The notes beneath the pieces are model-generated. The model did not search any database. It was given only the letters and a program-made list of their open reading frames with translations, and was not told the origin of the DNA. 64,000 nt of DNA from Botryllus schlosseri (Eukaryota). Shown one piece after another: positions 39,370 through 53,160 of the stretch (the stretch's first letter is position 1; each line of letters begins with the position of its first letter). Where the stretch lies: contig CM119372.1 of assembly GCA_051294905.1 (NCBI GenBank), forward strand, positions 38,008,001 through 38,072,000, written 5' to 3'. A program made the translations under genes and the position numbers.

Positions 39370-41069
39370 TCAGGGCCAGAAATCAACTTCCTCGTGGTAT
39401 TTGCGGAAGCATTCTCTTGGGCTTAGGCATAGAGTAACGTTACATGCCGTACAATAATATAAAGAAGTATGACCACGCACAACAGTTCCTTCCGCTTTCG
39501 CGGCTGCCTTGCGCTTAACGCAATACCGACAGCGTCCACGAGTCTTGCCGTGATCCGGCCCAAAAATGGGCATATGCCACACACGCTTGTCATGTCGTAT
39601 ATCCGAGCGTGGCCGAGGGGCGCTATGCACCGGCACGGTCATGTAATCACCAATTAGCGCCGTGATCAGACTCTCGCGGAACGGGACACCGCTCACGCTC
39701 TTCCCTTGTACGTTCTCCAGCAAGACACGCGAATTATGCACGCACACCTCCAAAAGGTATCCGAACACTTTACGGTACCACGCCCTGGATTTCCTGTTGA
39801 AATTGAAGTACTTACAGAACTGGTTCCTGTCCTCCATGGCGCACATGTAGCGGCTGTAATCTTTCACGACAGTGGGGCACGCGATTTCTATATACTCTTG
39901 TCGTCTCCAACGCCTATACACTGTGCAACCCGTGCTTTGTACATCTCCATCCTGATCAGGAAGATGTATAGTAGACATAAAATAGGTTGGATTTTTGTCA
40001 AGCCACGAGTAACACACAATGTTTTCGGACATACGCCAATCGAAATAACCACGACTGTAACATTTTTCGTCGGTCGTTTCGATGACCAGGTCTTGCGGGA
40101 ATCCGTTAATGTTTTGCATCACAGTACCGCACGCGTAAGTGCCGTTACTGTGCAGTTCCTTTAAAAGTTCCGGGCTCGTGTAGAAGCTATCCATGTAAAG
40201 ATGACGGCCCTCGTTGAAAAAAGGCTCCATCAAACCCATCACCACACCCCTGGCGATGTCGGATTTATGGCTCACGTAGGTCTGTGGATCGCGCCCGGCG
40301 TAGAATTGAAAATTACAGACATACGATGTTTCCGACTCCACCAAAGTCCAGATTTTCAAGCCGTTCTTGATCGACTGCCTATACGACGCAGGGTGGTCAC
40401 TAATCGCGACGCGACCTTCAAACGGTATCATCGACTCGTCGATGGCTACGTTTTTGCCGCTCGCGTACTTTTCGATGCAGTTTCTGCGGATGATCCCGGA
40501 AAAATTCTTAATTTTTTCTAACCTGATTTGCGGGTCAGTCTGACATTGTTGATCGGGATGAGTCGCTACGCCTTCGTTTTCTGCGGAATCCATTTCCTCA
40601 TCAGGATCAAAGAGTGCGAGGTGTCTATAAATAACCATGAATCTATCCCTGCTCATGACTTCACCAAATCCTACAGTTCTGATTACAGGGCAACCTTGCC
40701 GCCAATACATGTTTACTTCTGGCAATTTCAACATGCCCATCGCTATGAGCAGACCGATAAAAGCCTTCATTTCAGGCACGGTGATATCGGTAAAAGAAGC
40801 TTCGTGAGATCTTTTTGCATCTCTTTTATTACCCCGTTCTCTTTTTTTTTGTCTATAGTTTTTGTTTGTCATGTCCACTAAAATTTGCAAAGCGTCCACG
40901 GTAAATAGCGAGAGGAAGCAGTTCAAGGCAGAAGGCTGCTCGAGCAGTGTCTTGCACTTGACGTATGGCTTGTTGTCGTGCTCGATTTGTTGGCGACTTG
41001 CCGGGGCAATCTTCTCCCATTTATATTTATCGCATCGCCTTTTTTTCTTTCGGGGCGGTTCGTCTGTTT
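39370..41069 (-). CDS. Gene C exon 3: piggyBac-derived protein (D-D-E)
   Basis: Acceptor tttttcAG| at 41071-41070, in frame with ORF 39370-40926; ETDEPPRKKKRR; VAIDESM, YMDSFYTS, YSRYMCAMEDRNQ, GTVMQNIN. Spliced CDS 2022 nt (673 aa). Confidence 0.9.
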
Positions 41070-41573
41070 CTGAAAAATAACCAGACGTGATTTAATTTTG
41101 GTTGGGCCATACATTGTGGTGTAACTCTTGACCGTTGGTTCATAGGGTATACTGAAATACAAATGAATAATATATTCCTACTGAAATAAACCCAGACATT
41201 TTGGCAGACACTCATCAGGGGTAATCGTCTGCAACTAGAGTAGAGAATTTGGGAGATTTGTGTACCAACAGTCTTGTATTCAATTGCGATGTCACAAGCA
41301 TGATTCTTGAGTCAATCAGACACCCACCTAGGTCCAGGCGATGTAAATAAGAGGGGCATGCACACTGAATGAAAAAGTAAAGCAGAAAATATGAAAGGCA
41401 AGCGATAAAATGACATCATAATTGGTAATAAAACTGTTGATATACATTTTTTTCAAGTCTCTTTTAGTTGCTGACATATAGGTCTACCCCTTGACGAGTG
41501 TCAGCTTGAAATATTCGGGTTTATTTCGCCACAAATATTTCACTAAATTGCATACCAGTACAGAATTTTGTAC

Positions 41574-41804
41574 CTGCATGAGTCTCTGGGCAAAAATCTG
41601 TTTCGTCGTCGTAGTCAGAATCTTCATCATCTATATTTTCATGTTCTGACTCTTGGTCCCAGTCACATTGTGCCTGTGTCTCTCCGTCACATTCTCCCTC
41701 CATACCATCACCAGTTTGAGAGTCAATCTTCCCATCTAATTGTAGCGGCGTCTCCCATTCGCTTGACGTGGGCAATTCAGCAGCTGCCAACAACCTCAGT
41801 TTTT
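41574..41804 (-). CDS. Gene C exon 2 (acidic), phase 1-1
   Basis: tttttAG| ... GCAG|GTacaa; 231 nt; KLRLLAAAELPTSSEWETP...DSDYDDETDFCPETHA. Confidence 0.8.
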
Positions 41805-42294
41805 CTAAAAAGAAATGTTACGTTATGTCGATGATGGCGTCAAAATTGTCCCTGCTCACGAACTTTCGAGTCGCTCATAGTACCAGAAACGTGTTAGGAT
41901 GCCCAAAATCGAGTGTATGAGTGAATCAAATCTGAATTGAGTATCACTCATTATCACTTCGCATCAGAATAGGCTACAACGCCAGTTGCACAACACGTTA
42001 TTTGGTGTTTTGCGGCCACACCTATTTCGTTGTATTTCGTGACAATGCCGTGGGTTCATCGTGACTTGACAGATATGTCATTTCCACTAACATTCATGAC
42101 ATTGTACCACATGTTTTGTATGCTGCAATCCGACTGATCAATGTGCGTGGTCAAAAATAGTATCGAAGCTATAATTCTCATTGGTGTGTTAACTCAAAGT
42201 GGCAAGGAACATATCATTTTCTCCCACTTCTAGACTCGGATCAATAGAATTAATCTCGGCTCAGACCAAAGTACTCGAAACATTGTGTCCAGTG

Positions 42295-45200
42295 CAGGGT
42301 TGTAACCAAGTCACATGGTTCCGAGTCACGAGTCAATCTTACTTTTGTGGTTTTGACTGGAGTCAACTCGAGTCATTTTCAATTCATCACCGAGTCGAGT
42401 CCGAGTCCAAGTCACCGTTTAAGGGGTCAAGTCCGAGTCATAGTGTTATGACTCGAGTCGAGTCCAAGTCACAGTATTGAAGTCATGTTCAACTCATGTT
42501 TACAATCCTGCTTGGGTGATATCGAATTCCTTGCTTGCCAAACATGCTCATTTTGTCCCTATCAGAGTCTTGGCACGTGTTTATTTAGGCAGCTAAAGGA
42601 CAGGTCCTGGCCTCATCTACCGATGCTACCGATAACTTCACCAAGTTTGAACTTATGATCAAATATCTGTCTTGTCAGTCTGATACATCACCAATTGAAG
42701 CATTCAGCTTTTATGATGAGCACATCGACGATAGCTCATAAATAGCTGATAGAGAACCAACGACTTCACGTCAAGATACAAGCTGATAGAAAATCGACAG
42801 ATACATGTCTATGTAGAGGTATTTACAACATGCCAGCATGCTGTAAAAGCGTGCATGCAGCTATGTGCATTGCGCAGTGATAAAAAACAGATACATTTTG
42901 ATATTACCTAAGGTTTTCCCAATTGCATTATTCAGACTACATCGCAGCTACAGCATTGGAGAAATAATTGTACAATGGGGCTGTTCAAAAACATTTTTTC
43001 AAATTTTCCGGCTACTTCTTAAAATTGTTACATTGCCTAAAAAAATCAAATTTGGCTCCATTCCAACCAGTAGAAAGTAATGCTATGAAAGAAAATTTTA
43101 GATTAATTACAAATAGAGATTTTCGAATTTTACCTGCTATCTCATGAAATTGTTACAATGTGTAAAAAATATGATTCATAGCAAATTTGGCTCGATTCCA
43201 ACTAGAAGAAGTGAAGTTATTAGAGAAGAATGTTACGGATATTAAAAAATAGTCGGCTTACTACTAGTATGTAATTATATTATATGGAGGAATTTCTCAC
43301 TAAAAATACTTCATATATTTTCAAATCCAAAATTTTCTCCTCTCATATCAGTGATTCTATCTATTAAAATTGAGCCAGATTCAATGTTCTTTTTATGCAA
43401 CGTAACAATTTATCAAGTAGCCACCCAGTAAAATAAAAAAAGAAGTTACTTTTAAACAGTCCTATTGTACAAACATCACGCGGCATCAGCCATTCATTAT
43501 TACTCACGTGCACAATGCACATACCTAACAAAACCTCAAATGGACAGACTGCAGGCGCGTATCCAGAGTGCGAAAAAAGGGAGGGGGCTTGGCGTTCTGA
43601 AATTAGCTATTATGACGTCATCAATACGACCATTTGTCTAATCGCCAAGACGACTATTTACGATAAATTATAGTTCAATAATAAAAAGAGATTTGCGGTG
43701 AGCGGAAGATGTACGAATACGATACAGACGATGCCTGAAATTGCGTTTTTTTACGGTATGATTGAAAAACATTCGTAAATGCTCACATTTAGTCATGAGC
43801 CGGCAAACGCCGCCCGTCTCCAAGCGCCTAGTTCCGGCCAGAGATGCGCGATTTTGTTAGGTTTTGACGATATTATGCGCACGCCCGGTAGTATCGCAGC
43901 GGACGAACAAGCGCGGAATAGGGCGATTGCATAAACGAGGGCGATCGCGATCACCACAGAGAGGTGTGGTGTGAAAAGTGTACACGAATATGTGCTTTTC
44001 GAAGGCTTTACAAGCCGTACAGCTGAGCGCGTAGTACGCGCGAAGATAATTAGACCTTAATTGCAAGCACGCAAGTCCGCCGCGCAAGTACACACTGGTA
44101 TAATAACTTGAGCGGCAGAGAAACTTGTCAGTCGATATAATTTCAACGGCAACATAGGCCTGTATTTCAACGACAGCAAGCCGCCTAACAATCGGGAACG
44201 CAGATTGCTAGGCTTGTATTTTGAAATGTGAATGTCAATCGTAGGCCATTGCTCGCCGATAACCACGTAGACAATGTGGATTTGAGAACAGCATTGTCGT
44301 ACTGGTGCCGCCTTGTCTACGTCTGGCTGATCAATCAACACGCCGCCGAGCAATTCTTGATTAGGATTACAAGGCGAGCAGGTGCAACGAATTCGCGGGC
44401 GATGTTGATTGCCGACAACGTCGTCTTTGCAATTACGGATCGCGTCGACCAATTAGATTAGATTTTCCTAAAATGGGTCTCTCGTTTTAGCAAGGCGAGA
44501 GAGAAATCGAGGGAAGAAAGTTGAGAACGTCGGTTACCACCACAGCTAAAATGTAGCTGAACAAGCGCAGAATTCGTACGGAATAAGTGAAATATAGTGA
44601 CCAATATCTTTGCGACTAATACGGCGCAGAATTCCAATATTTTGTAGGGGTTTTAGACCCCCTAAATAACATTAAGACGCCATATTTGCCTTATCATACG
44701 AGAAAACGAATATGTTGAACTGATAAATTAACAAATATTGGAGGCTATATTTGACATCAATTTTTGGGACTTTGAAAGGGGGGGTTACGACCCCCTAAAA
44801 CCCCCCTGGATACGCCACTGGGACAGAGGGTTTGTGTGTTTTTACAGACAGCAGATCAAATCAATCATGAGTTACACTTTAAAAATACCAAAGTGGAAAG
44901 GAGATCCTCAGATATATTAGAGCGGCATGGCCTTAGAATAAATCCACCTCTACTGATTACACGTTCCACTGCACTAGATGCAGGAGTTGACAAGCATATT
45001 TGAACCACACTGAAGAGCATTAGATACTCATTCTTTCGAGTCGCCCAAAAATGAAAAGAATCATCGCTTTTAATTCTACACATGAGCTTATCAGTCTCTT
45101 CCAAGTACTTGACCATCTGAGTCATTGCATTGGCTCTAATTGAACTTTGCTTCGATTATTTGCTTGTATAATTGATTGCGGAGGATCTAGTACCTCTTCG

Positions 45201-46226
45201 TCACTGGATGATTTTGTACCTTGGCTGGTCATATCGTATGAATGAGTGACAGCCTCAGTCATTATAAACTCGATTATTTCATGCAGCGGTGCAATTCGGG
45301 ATTGTTTTGAACAATTTAGATCCATAAGCCAATGGAAAGCAAATTTCGGATCGAGCACGCATGATGTGAGGAAGATGGTTTCACCAAACGGTTCGGGATT
45401 ACCGATAGGCTTATCCAAAGACTCATCAGTTGTGATCATGTTCACATTTTCAAACACTCCTGCAAAACGCTTTAAAAGAGAATTTTTCAATGCTTCAACT
45501 AATGCGCGCAAGTAATTGACAGTGAGGATGTGCCTATTCTCATGGTTGTAGAGTGAGAGCAGGGCTGGTACGACCCTGATTGGCATTGGGACGCAACAAT
45601 GCTGTCGGGCGAAACGAGAGAGTAGCTCAAGAGCAAAAGAGCCTGGCAGCATTGTTGCGTGCTAATGCCAATCTTCATAACAATGAAAAATTCGAGGCTG
45701 ATTGTGGGGGTTCCAGGGCTACGAGCGGAGTAAAATTTATATTTTCGTAATCGGTGCAGAGTCAGCTTTCGATTGATACCCGTTTTACCAAATTTAATGC
45801 TCGGCAAGCCGGTGAAAAATGACCGTCGAATTGCCTGTAGCCAAATGGAAATTGTGACGGTAATCAATTTCACTATGAGCCGTGAGATTTGCTTGTGTCG
45901 ACACCATATAGGACATTATGGTACCATTGTCTGTTGTTTTTGCGGCGGTATATCTGATATCAGACGAGTGCAACGAAAGCAGCGGTAACAAATAGCGATG
46001 TCGGCGGAATTTGTCAGATGTTTTAAACTTGCCATTACGGTTCGCAAATTTATTCAGCTTCAAGTCATATAAAATAAGTCAAGTCATTGACTTGGGTCGA
46101 GTCATGCGTAATGACTCGAGTACAAGTCGAGTCAATCCAAATATTGACTCGAGTCGAGTCATTTTCCCATTTCAAGAAAATGACTCGAGTCAAGTCGAGT
46201 CACAAAAAAATCGTGACTCGACCCTG
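42295..46226 (-). mobile_element. Degenerate hAT transposon carrying transposase remnants
   Basis: Ends CAGGGTTGTAACC and GACCCTG, TSD GTCCAGTG, GACTCGAGTC subterminal repeats; carries nested insertions. Confidence 0.8.
44865..45652 (-). pseudogene. hAT transposase C-terminal remnant (hATC dimerization domain)
   Basis: LKNSLLKRF..CVLDPKF.. and FW...Y..L..V..CLSTPASSAVERVISRGG..LRP.RS.IS..LL..LVFLK; frame broken near 45122. Confidence 0.8.
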
Positions 46227-46973
46227 GTCCAGTGCTATAAACGTGCCTCCTTGTACGTACATACAGAAGTACGGTATCCGTATTGTGATTATTACGCCAC
46301 AAGTGTATTTTCTCATCTAAACAAGAATTGTTCCCTATTACCATCGTCAATCAGTGCTTCCAATGAACACGTCTAAGTTGCGTTGTCTCGCATGATCATC
46401 AACTGTGTTCTACACAAACTCTGTATTTGGCAGTCGTCGATATTGTTGAAGATCACAAGTGTACAAGGTGAGTGTTATGAATGCTGAATGATCCAATTGA
46501 TTATAGATGCGTGGATCTCCGACGTGAATATATCGAGTTGCATGGAGAACCTAGTTTATGATCACATGGAATAGGCCTGCCTTAAGGAGTATTGATCGGT
46601 GATGATCATCATTACCCACTTTAAATCTTCAAATTTCATAGTTGTGCCAACAGAAGAAGTTGATGATTCCTCTATACGCCTCAATTATATATTAAAATTT
46701 TAATACAGGTGACAGTATATTTTTGATAGTATGGCTGATATAAGCTGCAATGTTACTTTTAATTCTCTTACCCTCGACGAGTGTCAGCAGAAACCATTCG
46801 GGTCTATTTCAATATGAATATATTATTTGACTATTGATAAAAAATTTAAATTGATCGACATTTGTAGATGTTGTAATATATTTTAATTGGAACACATCTT
46901 CAAATTATGAATCAGAACAGACTATATACCCATTCTGGCTCTATCAAACAGAATTGTCAACAACGAGACTTAC

Positions 46974-47064
46974 TTCGTGTCAACAGCTCCTCATCCTCCA
47001 CAAAGTCTTCCTCATCATCAGAATAAATATTGGCGACGCCACCTTGCGGGTAATGGAACTCCAT
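46974..47064 (-). CDS. Gene C first coding exon
   Basis: ATG at 47064; MEFHYPQGGVANIYSDDEEDFVEDEELLTR; donor GTAAGT. Confidence 0.8.
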
Positions 47065-48627
47065 AATTCCATGCAGCCTAATTCTTTCTCGTTTCTTTCA
47101 AAATTCAGACAGTAAGCCAAAATGAAGTATGACACCGCACTTCTTCTGCACACACGTGACAAAACACTAGATTTCTGAATTAAATATCACCAGATTTATG
47201 AAGATATCGCTGGTATGGAAAAAAACACTATGGTGTACAACGACCGTCGATGTCAAGACATTATGAATGGCAATTAAACACAAGACCATGTTCAGCTTTC
47301 AGGAAAATAAAACTGTCAATATATCTTTCGATCTTGACCTGTTCTGCCTAATGGATGCAGCATGCATAGATTTAAGGCACACAAAACACCATAATGCTTC
47401 AGACCAACAGGGAAAATACAAAATACTGTCAATACTGTTCCAAGGAGAATCAATTGCATTAGAAATGAAGCAAATTAAATGATCTTACGGTTCTGGTTAG
47501 TTAGGGTTCCCATAATTTGGAATCGGCAAAGGAGGATATTTTTCCAAATCATAAAAGTTAGTTGACCGAAACTGAAAACAGCTGATTTTGTATTATTTAC
47601 TGGAAATCATCTGGTGTTGACTAGGAAAGAAAAAGGTCATCACTTTTATTCGACTCCCAACTGACTCGCTCGAACACCAGTGTTTCTAATTTCGCATCAG
47701 TTATGCCGATTTTCAGTTGACCAAGTCCATTATCCTAGCTTTAAGAGCTGTAAAGGAGACGGATCGCCAAAAAGGAGGACATTTAGGAGTCCTCGGAGGA
47801 CATTTTCAATTTCCTGGAAAAGGAGGAATATGGTAACCCTAGTTTAGTTTACAAAATTCGGAATACTTAGATTTCATTACTAGGGCTGGGTTGGGCGCAT
47901 CAGTTACAGTACTGGAATCTATGCTGAGTACAAATTGTAATTATTCGAGATCAGTAGTGAAAGTCGAATGTTATGAGTAACGAATAGACGTAACAACGAA
48001 AATTTCAATGGTTTCTTTCCACAAGTGAAGTCTCGAAATATCAATTAGACATAGGCTATGTCATTGTTGAAAAACATTTCGCACAAGGCCACAAATACTC
48101 ATATAAAGACAATTGCATCAAGTAATGACCGACCATCACATTCACAACAAAAGCGCTACATAAGGGTCATGCTCCAGAAACACAAAACTACCTTTTATCG
48201 CATATAACTGGAATCAGTTACCTTGCGGCCACAAAGGATACCGTGGATAAGTATCTGAACTTACCAAGTCATAATTACTGCTACGTCATAATCAAGTGTG
48301 GTCAAGGCACAAGCAGATGAAGAAATCTTTCGAAAAAGTAAGTATTCACAGCCTCGTTTTGCATAAAAGCTCAAATCTGGTAAACAGAAGTAGAAATAGT
48401 CAAAACTCATCACTATTGAGGCACCATTTAGGCACAATCCTTCTTGAGTACTCCGAAAAAGTGTTTGTTACTGACCACCTCTGGTCATAAGAGGTTGAAT
48501 ACTTAAAATCAAATCACTCATATATTCATTTCGTCTAGTCCTATACATAACCACCACAAATAAAAAATAGTCACTAGGCAGCCTCACTTGTGAGGAAGAT
48601 TTAGGAGTGACATGGAAACCATGCGTT

Positions 48628-50339
48628 CTAAAACCGGTCAAAGGTTTCATCTTCGTGATAACGCTTGAAGCATTCGCGCGCCCTGTTCACACAGAGAGTC
48701 ACGTTACACGCACTGCAGACGTGAAATGACCGGTGTATGACAAGACGAACGCCTTGGGTTTTCGCAGCAGCTTTCGATCGAGCCATACAATATCGACAGC
48801 AAAGCCTGCGCCCTTCCGAATTAGTCGAAGGCAAATGCCACTTTCCCTTATCCCGACGTAACAGGTCAGAGCTGACATGAGGCTGGGAATTGCAGACTTG
48901 CGAGGACTTGTATTCGCCTACAAGAGCAGTGACCAAACTTTCCCGAAACAGGATACCGTCGCGTACCTTGTCAGGTTGTAAATTCTCCCACAAGACCCGC
49001 GAATTGTGCACGCACACCTCCAAAAGGTACCCAAATGCTTTACGGTACCACTCCCTACATTTCCTGTTGATATTGAAGTACTTGTAGAACTGACTATTGC
49101 CTTCGATGGCACACATGTAACGTTGGTAATCTTTCACGAGAGAAGGGCACGCCACTTCTATATACTCTTGACGCCTCCAACGTCTTTTTACTGTGCAGTA
49201 CGTGCTTTGTATGTCACCTTCTTGATCAGGAAGATGTATGGTAGACATGAAATACACAGGCTTTTTGTCAAACCACGAGTAACACACAATGTCTTCGGAC
49301 ATACGCCAATCGAAATAACCTCGGCTGTAAGATTGTCCAGCAGCAGTTTCAATCACCAAGTCTTCCGGGAAGCCGGTAATGTTCTGCATCACAGTACCGC
49401 ACGCGTAACTGCCGTTATTGTATAGTTCCTGTAAAAGTTCCGGGCTCGTGTAGAAGCTATCTATGTAAAGATGTCGGCCCTCGTTGAAAAAAGGCTCCAT
49501 CAAACCCATCACCACACCCCTGGCGATGTCGGTCTTGTGGCTCACATAGGTCTGCGGATCGCGCCCCACGTAAAATTGAAAATTACACACGTATGATGTT
49601 TCCGACTCTACCAAAGTCCAGATTTTTAAGCCGGACCTAATTGAATGTCGTTTTGAATTAGGGGCATCGCGAGTCACGACGTGTCCACTGAACGGTATCA
49701 TGGCCTCGTCTATGGCTACGTTTCTGCCACTCGCGTACTTATCGATGCAGTTTCTGCGTATAATCTCTGAAAAATTCCAGATTTTTTTTAACCGATTTTG
49801 CGACACAGTCTGGTGCGATTGATCAGGTTGAGACCATACATTGTCGTTTTCGATAGAATTCACTTCATCAGGATCAGTGAGTGAGAGGTTCTGATAGATC
49901 ATCTCAAACCTATGCCTGCTCATGACCTCGCCGAATCCTACAGTTCTGATTACGCGACACGCTTGCCGCCAGTACATGTGTATTTTCGGCAATTTCACCA
50001 TGCCCATGGCGATGAGCAGACCGACAAACGCCTTCATCTCGGGCACGGTAATCTCGAAGAAAGGGGCTCTGTGAGATCGTGTGTTTGCGTCTCTTTTTTT
50101 ACCTCGTTGTCTCTCTTTTTGTAGATAGTTTTTATTTGTCATGTCCACTACCATTTGCAAAGCGTCCTCGGAAAATAGCGAAAGAAAGCAATTCAAAGGG
50201 GAAGGCTGCTCGAACAGATTTTTACACTTCACGTACGGCTTCCTGCTGTGCACTATTTGTTCTCGGGTTGTCGGGGCACTTTTTACCCATTTACATTCAC
50301 CACATCGCTTTTTTTTCTTTCGGGGCGGTTCGTCTGTTT
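48628..50339 (-). CDS. Gene D exon 3: piggyBac-derived protein (D-D-E)
   Basis: Acceptor tttttcAG| at 50341-50340; ETDEPPRKKKKR; VAIDEAM, YIDSFYTS, YQRYMCAIEGNSQ, GTVMQNIT; Cys-rich domain intact. Spliced CDS 2034 nt (677 aa). Confidence 0.9.
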
Positions 50340-50359
50340 CTGAAAAATAAATGGACGTA

Positions 50360-51267
50360 CCGTAATTTTCCAAGTATAGTACGCCCCCATGTATAATACG
50401 CACCCTTAAAATGGCATGCACATGTGTAGTAAGCACCCTGCATTTGCAGTACACGAATAGCTGTGTTTCAGATACTATGTCGACATGCTGCTCTGTTTTG
50501 CGTTGTCACTGTTCAACAATGATGACATAACCATCGCTAATCATTATGCAATTAACGGCATTGTCTCTAAACGATGGTAGATAGCAGCCAAAGCCTGCGA
50601 GGCTGGCGACGCGATAGTTCAGGCAAGCGACACGACATCTTGAGCACGAGGCCTATTACAAATGCGATTGCTAATTACTATACAATTAACGGCATTGTCT
50701 TTTAACGAAAGTAGATAACAGCAAAGCCTGCAAGGCCGGCGACGCGATAGTTCAGGCCAGTGACACGACATCTTGTGCACGAGGCCTATTACAGATGCGA
50801 TTGCCCAGGCCAACGGTTATGTCGTGCGCATCAGGTCTTTTAGAGATGCGACTGATTACGCAATCTATTATATCTTGTGCGAAAGGCCTGTTGTACATGC
50901 GATTGTTCAGGCCTGTCTTTGACGCAATGAATTAGCGAGAATTGCCGCTTGCGCGTGCTCAATGACCTAATTTTGCTCCCGTACAAACGGCAAACTTACT
51001 CAGCAGGAGACCGCGTGCTGTGCTGCTCGTTAATTGGTGACACGCTTCTCGCTAATTGGAAGCGTGTAACACTGATAAAACGAATTACTGGGCACGATGG
51101 CTGAAAGTGATGAGCGATTGGTAACAATCCTGAAGAAAGGTGTGATTTCAAGTTTTTTATCTAGGGAGATTTTTTTCAAGCGTGTTGTTGCCATGTATAA
51201 TACGCACCCCCCGATTTTAGGGCAAAAACTCGTGAAAATTTTGCGCATTATACATGGAAAATTACGG
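50360..51267. mobile_element. Tc1/mariner-pogo-type MITE in intron 2 of gene D
   Basis: TA|CCGTAATTTTCCA...TGGAAAATTACGG|TA; internal TGTATAATACGCACCC repeats; the paralogous intron of gene C (~41085) lacks it. Confidence 0.85.
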
Positions 51268-52012
51268 TAATTTAACAAATTTCGGTCGGGCCATACATTG
51301 TGGTGTAAGTCTTGACTAACGGTTCATAAACGAAACGGATCGGGAATTGTGAATAGTTTGTTTTATATATACATCAGGTGCACAGACTGGCGATGGTGCC
51401 CTCTCCTGAGAATAAGCAAAAACTATTCATAAACCTGGGCAGAAATACAATTGAACAATATAATCGCATTGAAATAAAACCGAACATTTTTGGCTGACAC
51501 TCATCAGAGCCAGAGGTATTCGTTAACAACTAGTAGAGAATTCAAGAGCCGTGTGTACAGTACAGTCATGTCATCAATTATGATGTCACAGGCATGAAAT
51601 TTCAATTCTTGAGGTAAGCAGATAGCTTAATCTCAATGTAGCCTACTATTTTTAAATATTACATCAGCTTCTTTTGTTGGCACAAACTGGGTAGGCGTAC
51701 TTAGATAAAGCTGACTCCCGACGACAGATTTTGTGCTGTCAGGAGAGGTCGTTACATTCTTCCATTGATGTGCCTTGGAGTCAACTTTAATCATAACATG
51801 CCAACCCAGTTTCTGCCAACATCTGCTCGCCTCGATTGTCTGAAATTTCATACCTGTGACATCATAATTGTGGTGATACTACTGTTGGTATACAATCTTT
51901 TTTCGAATTCGCATTAGTTGCTGACGATTAACCCTACCCTGACAAGTGTCGGCCGAAAATATCAAGGTTTATTGCGATAATCCAATTGCATACCAGTACA
52001 GAATTTCTGTAC

Positions 52013-52243
52013 CTCCAAGAGTCTCTTGGCAGAAATCAGTTTCTTCGCCGTCGTAGTCAGAATCTTCGTCATCTATATTTTCATGTCCTGACTCTTCGTC
52101 CTCATCACATTTTGACCGGGTCTCTTCGTCACATTCTCCCTCCATACCATCACCAGCTTGAGCGTCAATCTCCTCATGTAATTGTGGCGCCGTCTCCCAT
52201 TCGCTTGACGTGAGCGATTCAGTTGCCAGCAACCTCAGCCGTT
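52013..52243 (-). CDS. Gene D exon 2 (acidic), phase 1-1
   Basis: ctttgtAG| ... GGAG|GTacag; 231 nt; RLRLLATESLTSSEWETAP...DSDYDGEETDFCQETLG. Confidence 0.8.
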
Positions 52244-52592
52244 CTACAAAGAATGTCACGTTGTACCGATGATGGCAAAAAATTGTCCCTGCTCGCAAAC
52301 TTTCGAGTTGCTCATAGCACCACAAACGTGTAGGGCTGCGCAAAAGAGTGACTCTGAATCAAGTATCACTCATTATCACTTCGCAACAGAATAGGGTACG
52401 ATGGTTATACAACACTTTGTTTGGTGTTTTTCAGCCACACCTATTTCGTTGTATTTTGTGACAATACTGTGGGTTGATCACGACCTCACAGATATGTCAT
52501 TTCCACTAACGTGCGTAGCATTGTACTACATGTTTTGTATTATGCAATACGGCGACTCAAAGTTCGCAGCCTACCACAATGGTCGAAAATAG

Positions 52593-53160
52593 CAGGGTTG
52601 TAACAACTCGAGTCCGACTCGAGTCACGAATTTTTGGTGACTCGACTTTACTCGAGTCATTTTGTCAAATGTGTAATTATGACTCGATTCGACTGAAATT
52701 GTTTATTGACTCGATACTCGAGTCATTGTGCATGACTCGAACCAAGTCATATGACTCGAGACTAGGTCGGCCAAGACATTTCACAGTAACTTCGAAGCAT
52801 GGTAAAGTTACCACATTTTTGCTATTTCGTCTATCAGTCCTGATACTTGGAATACGAGGCCAGAAACTGTTAGGACCGAGGAAAATTACTATATTATGAA
52901 TGTGAGCCATTCTATATCACTCGAGCAGAGCTGAAAAAGTGGGTTAAACCAAGTTGAACTGAAAACTGAACAGTGGACATAATGACTTCAACTCGGACTC
53001 GAGTCAAAACACTATGACTCAGACTCGACCCTCTACTAGTGGACTTGGACTCGGACTTGACTCGGTGGTGAATTGAAAATGACTCGCCTTGACTCGAGTC
53101 AAAACTATAAAAGTGAGATTGACTTGCGACGCGAAACCTTGAGATTTGGTTACAACCCTG
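52593..53160. mobile_element. hAT MITE (TIR CAGGGTTGTAAC, GACTCGAGTC-rich)
   Basis: CAGGGTTGTAACA...GGTTACAACCCTG; same end sequence as 42295-46226. Confidence 0.8.
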
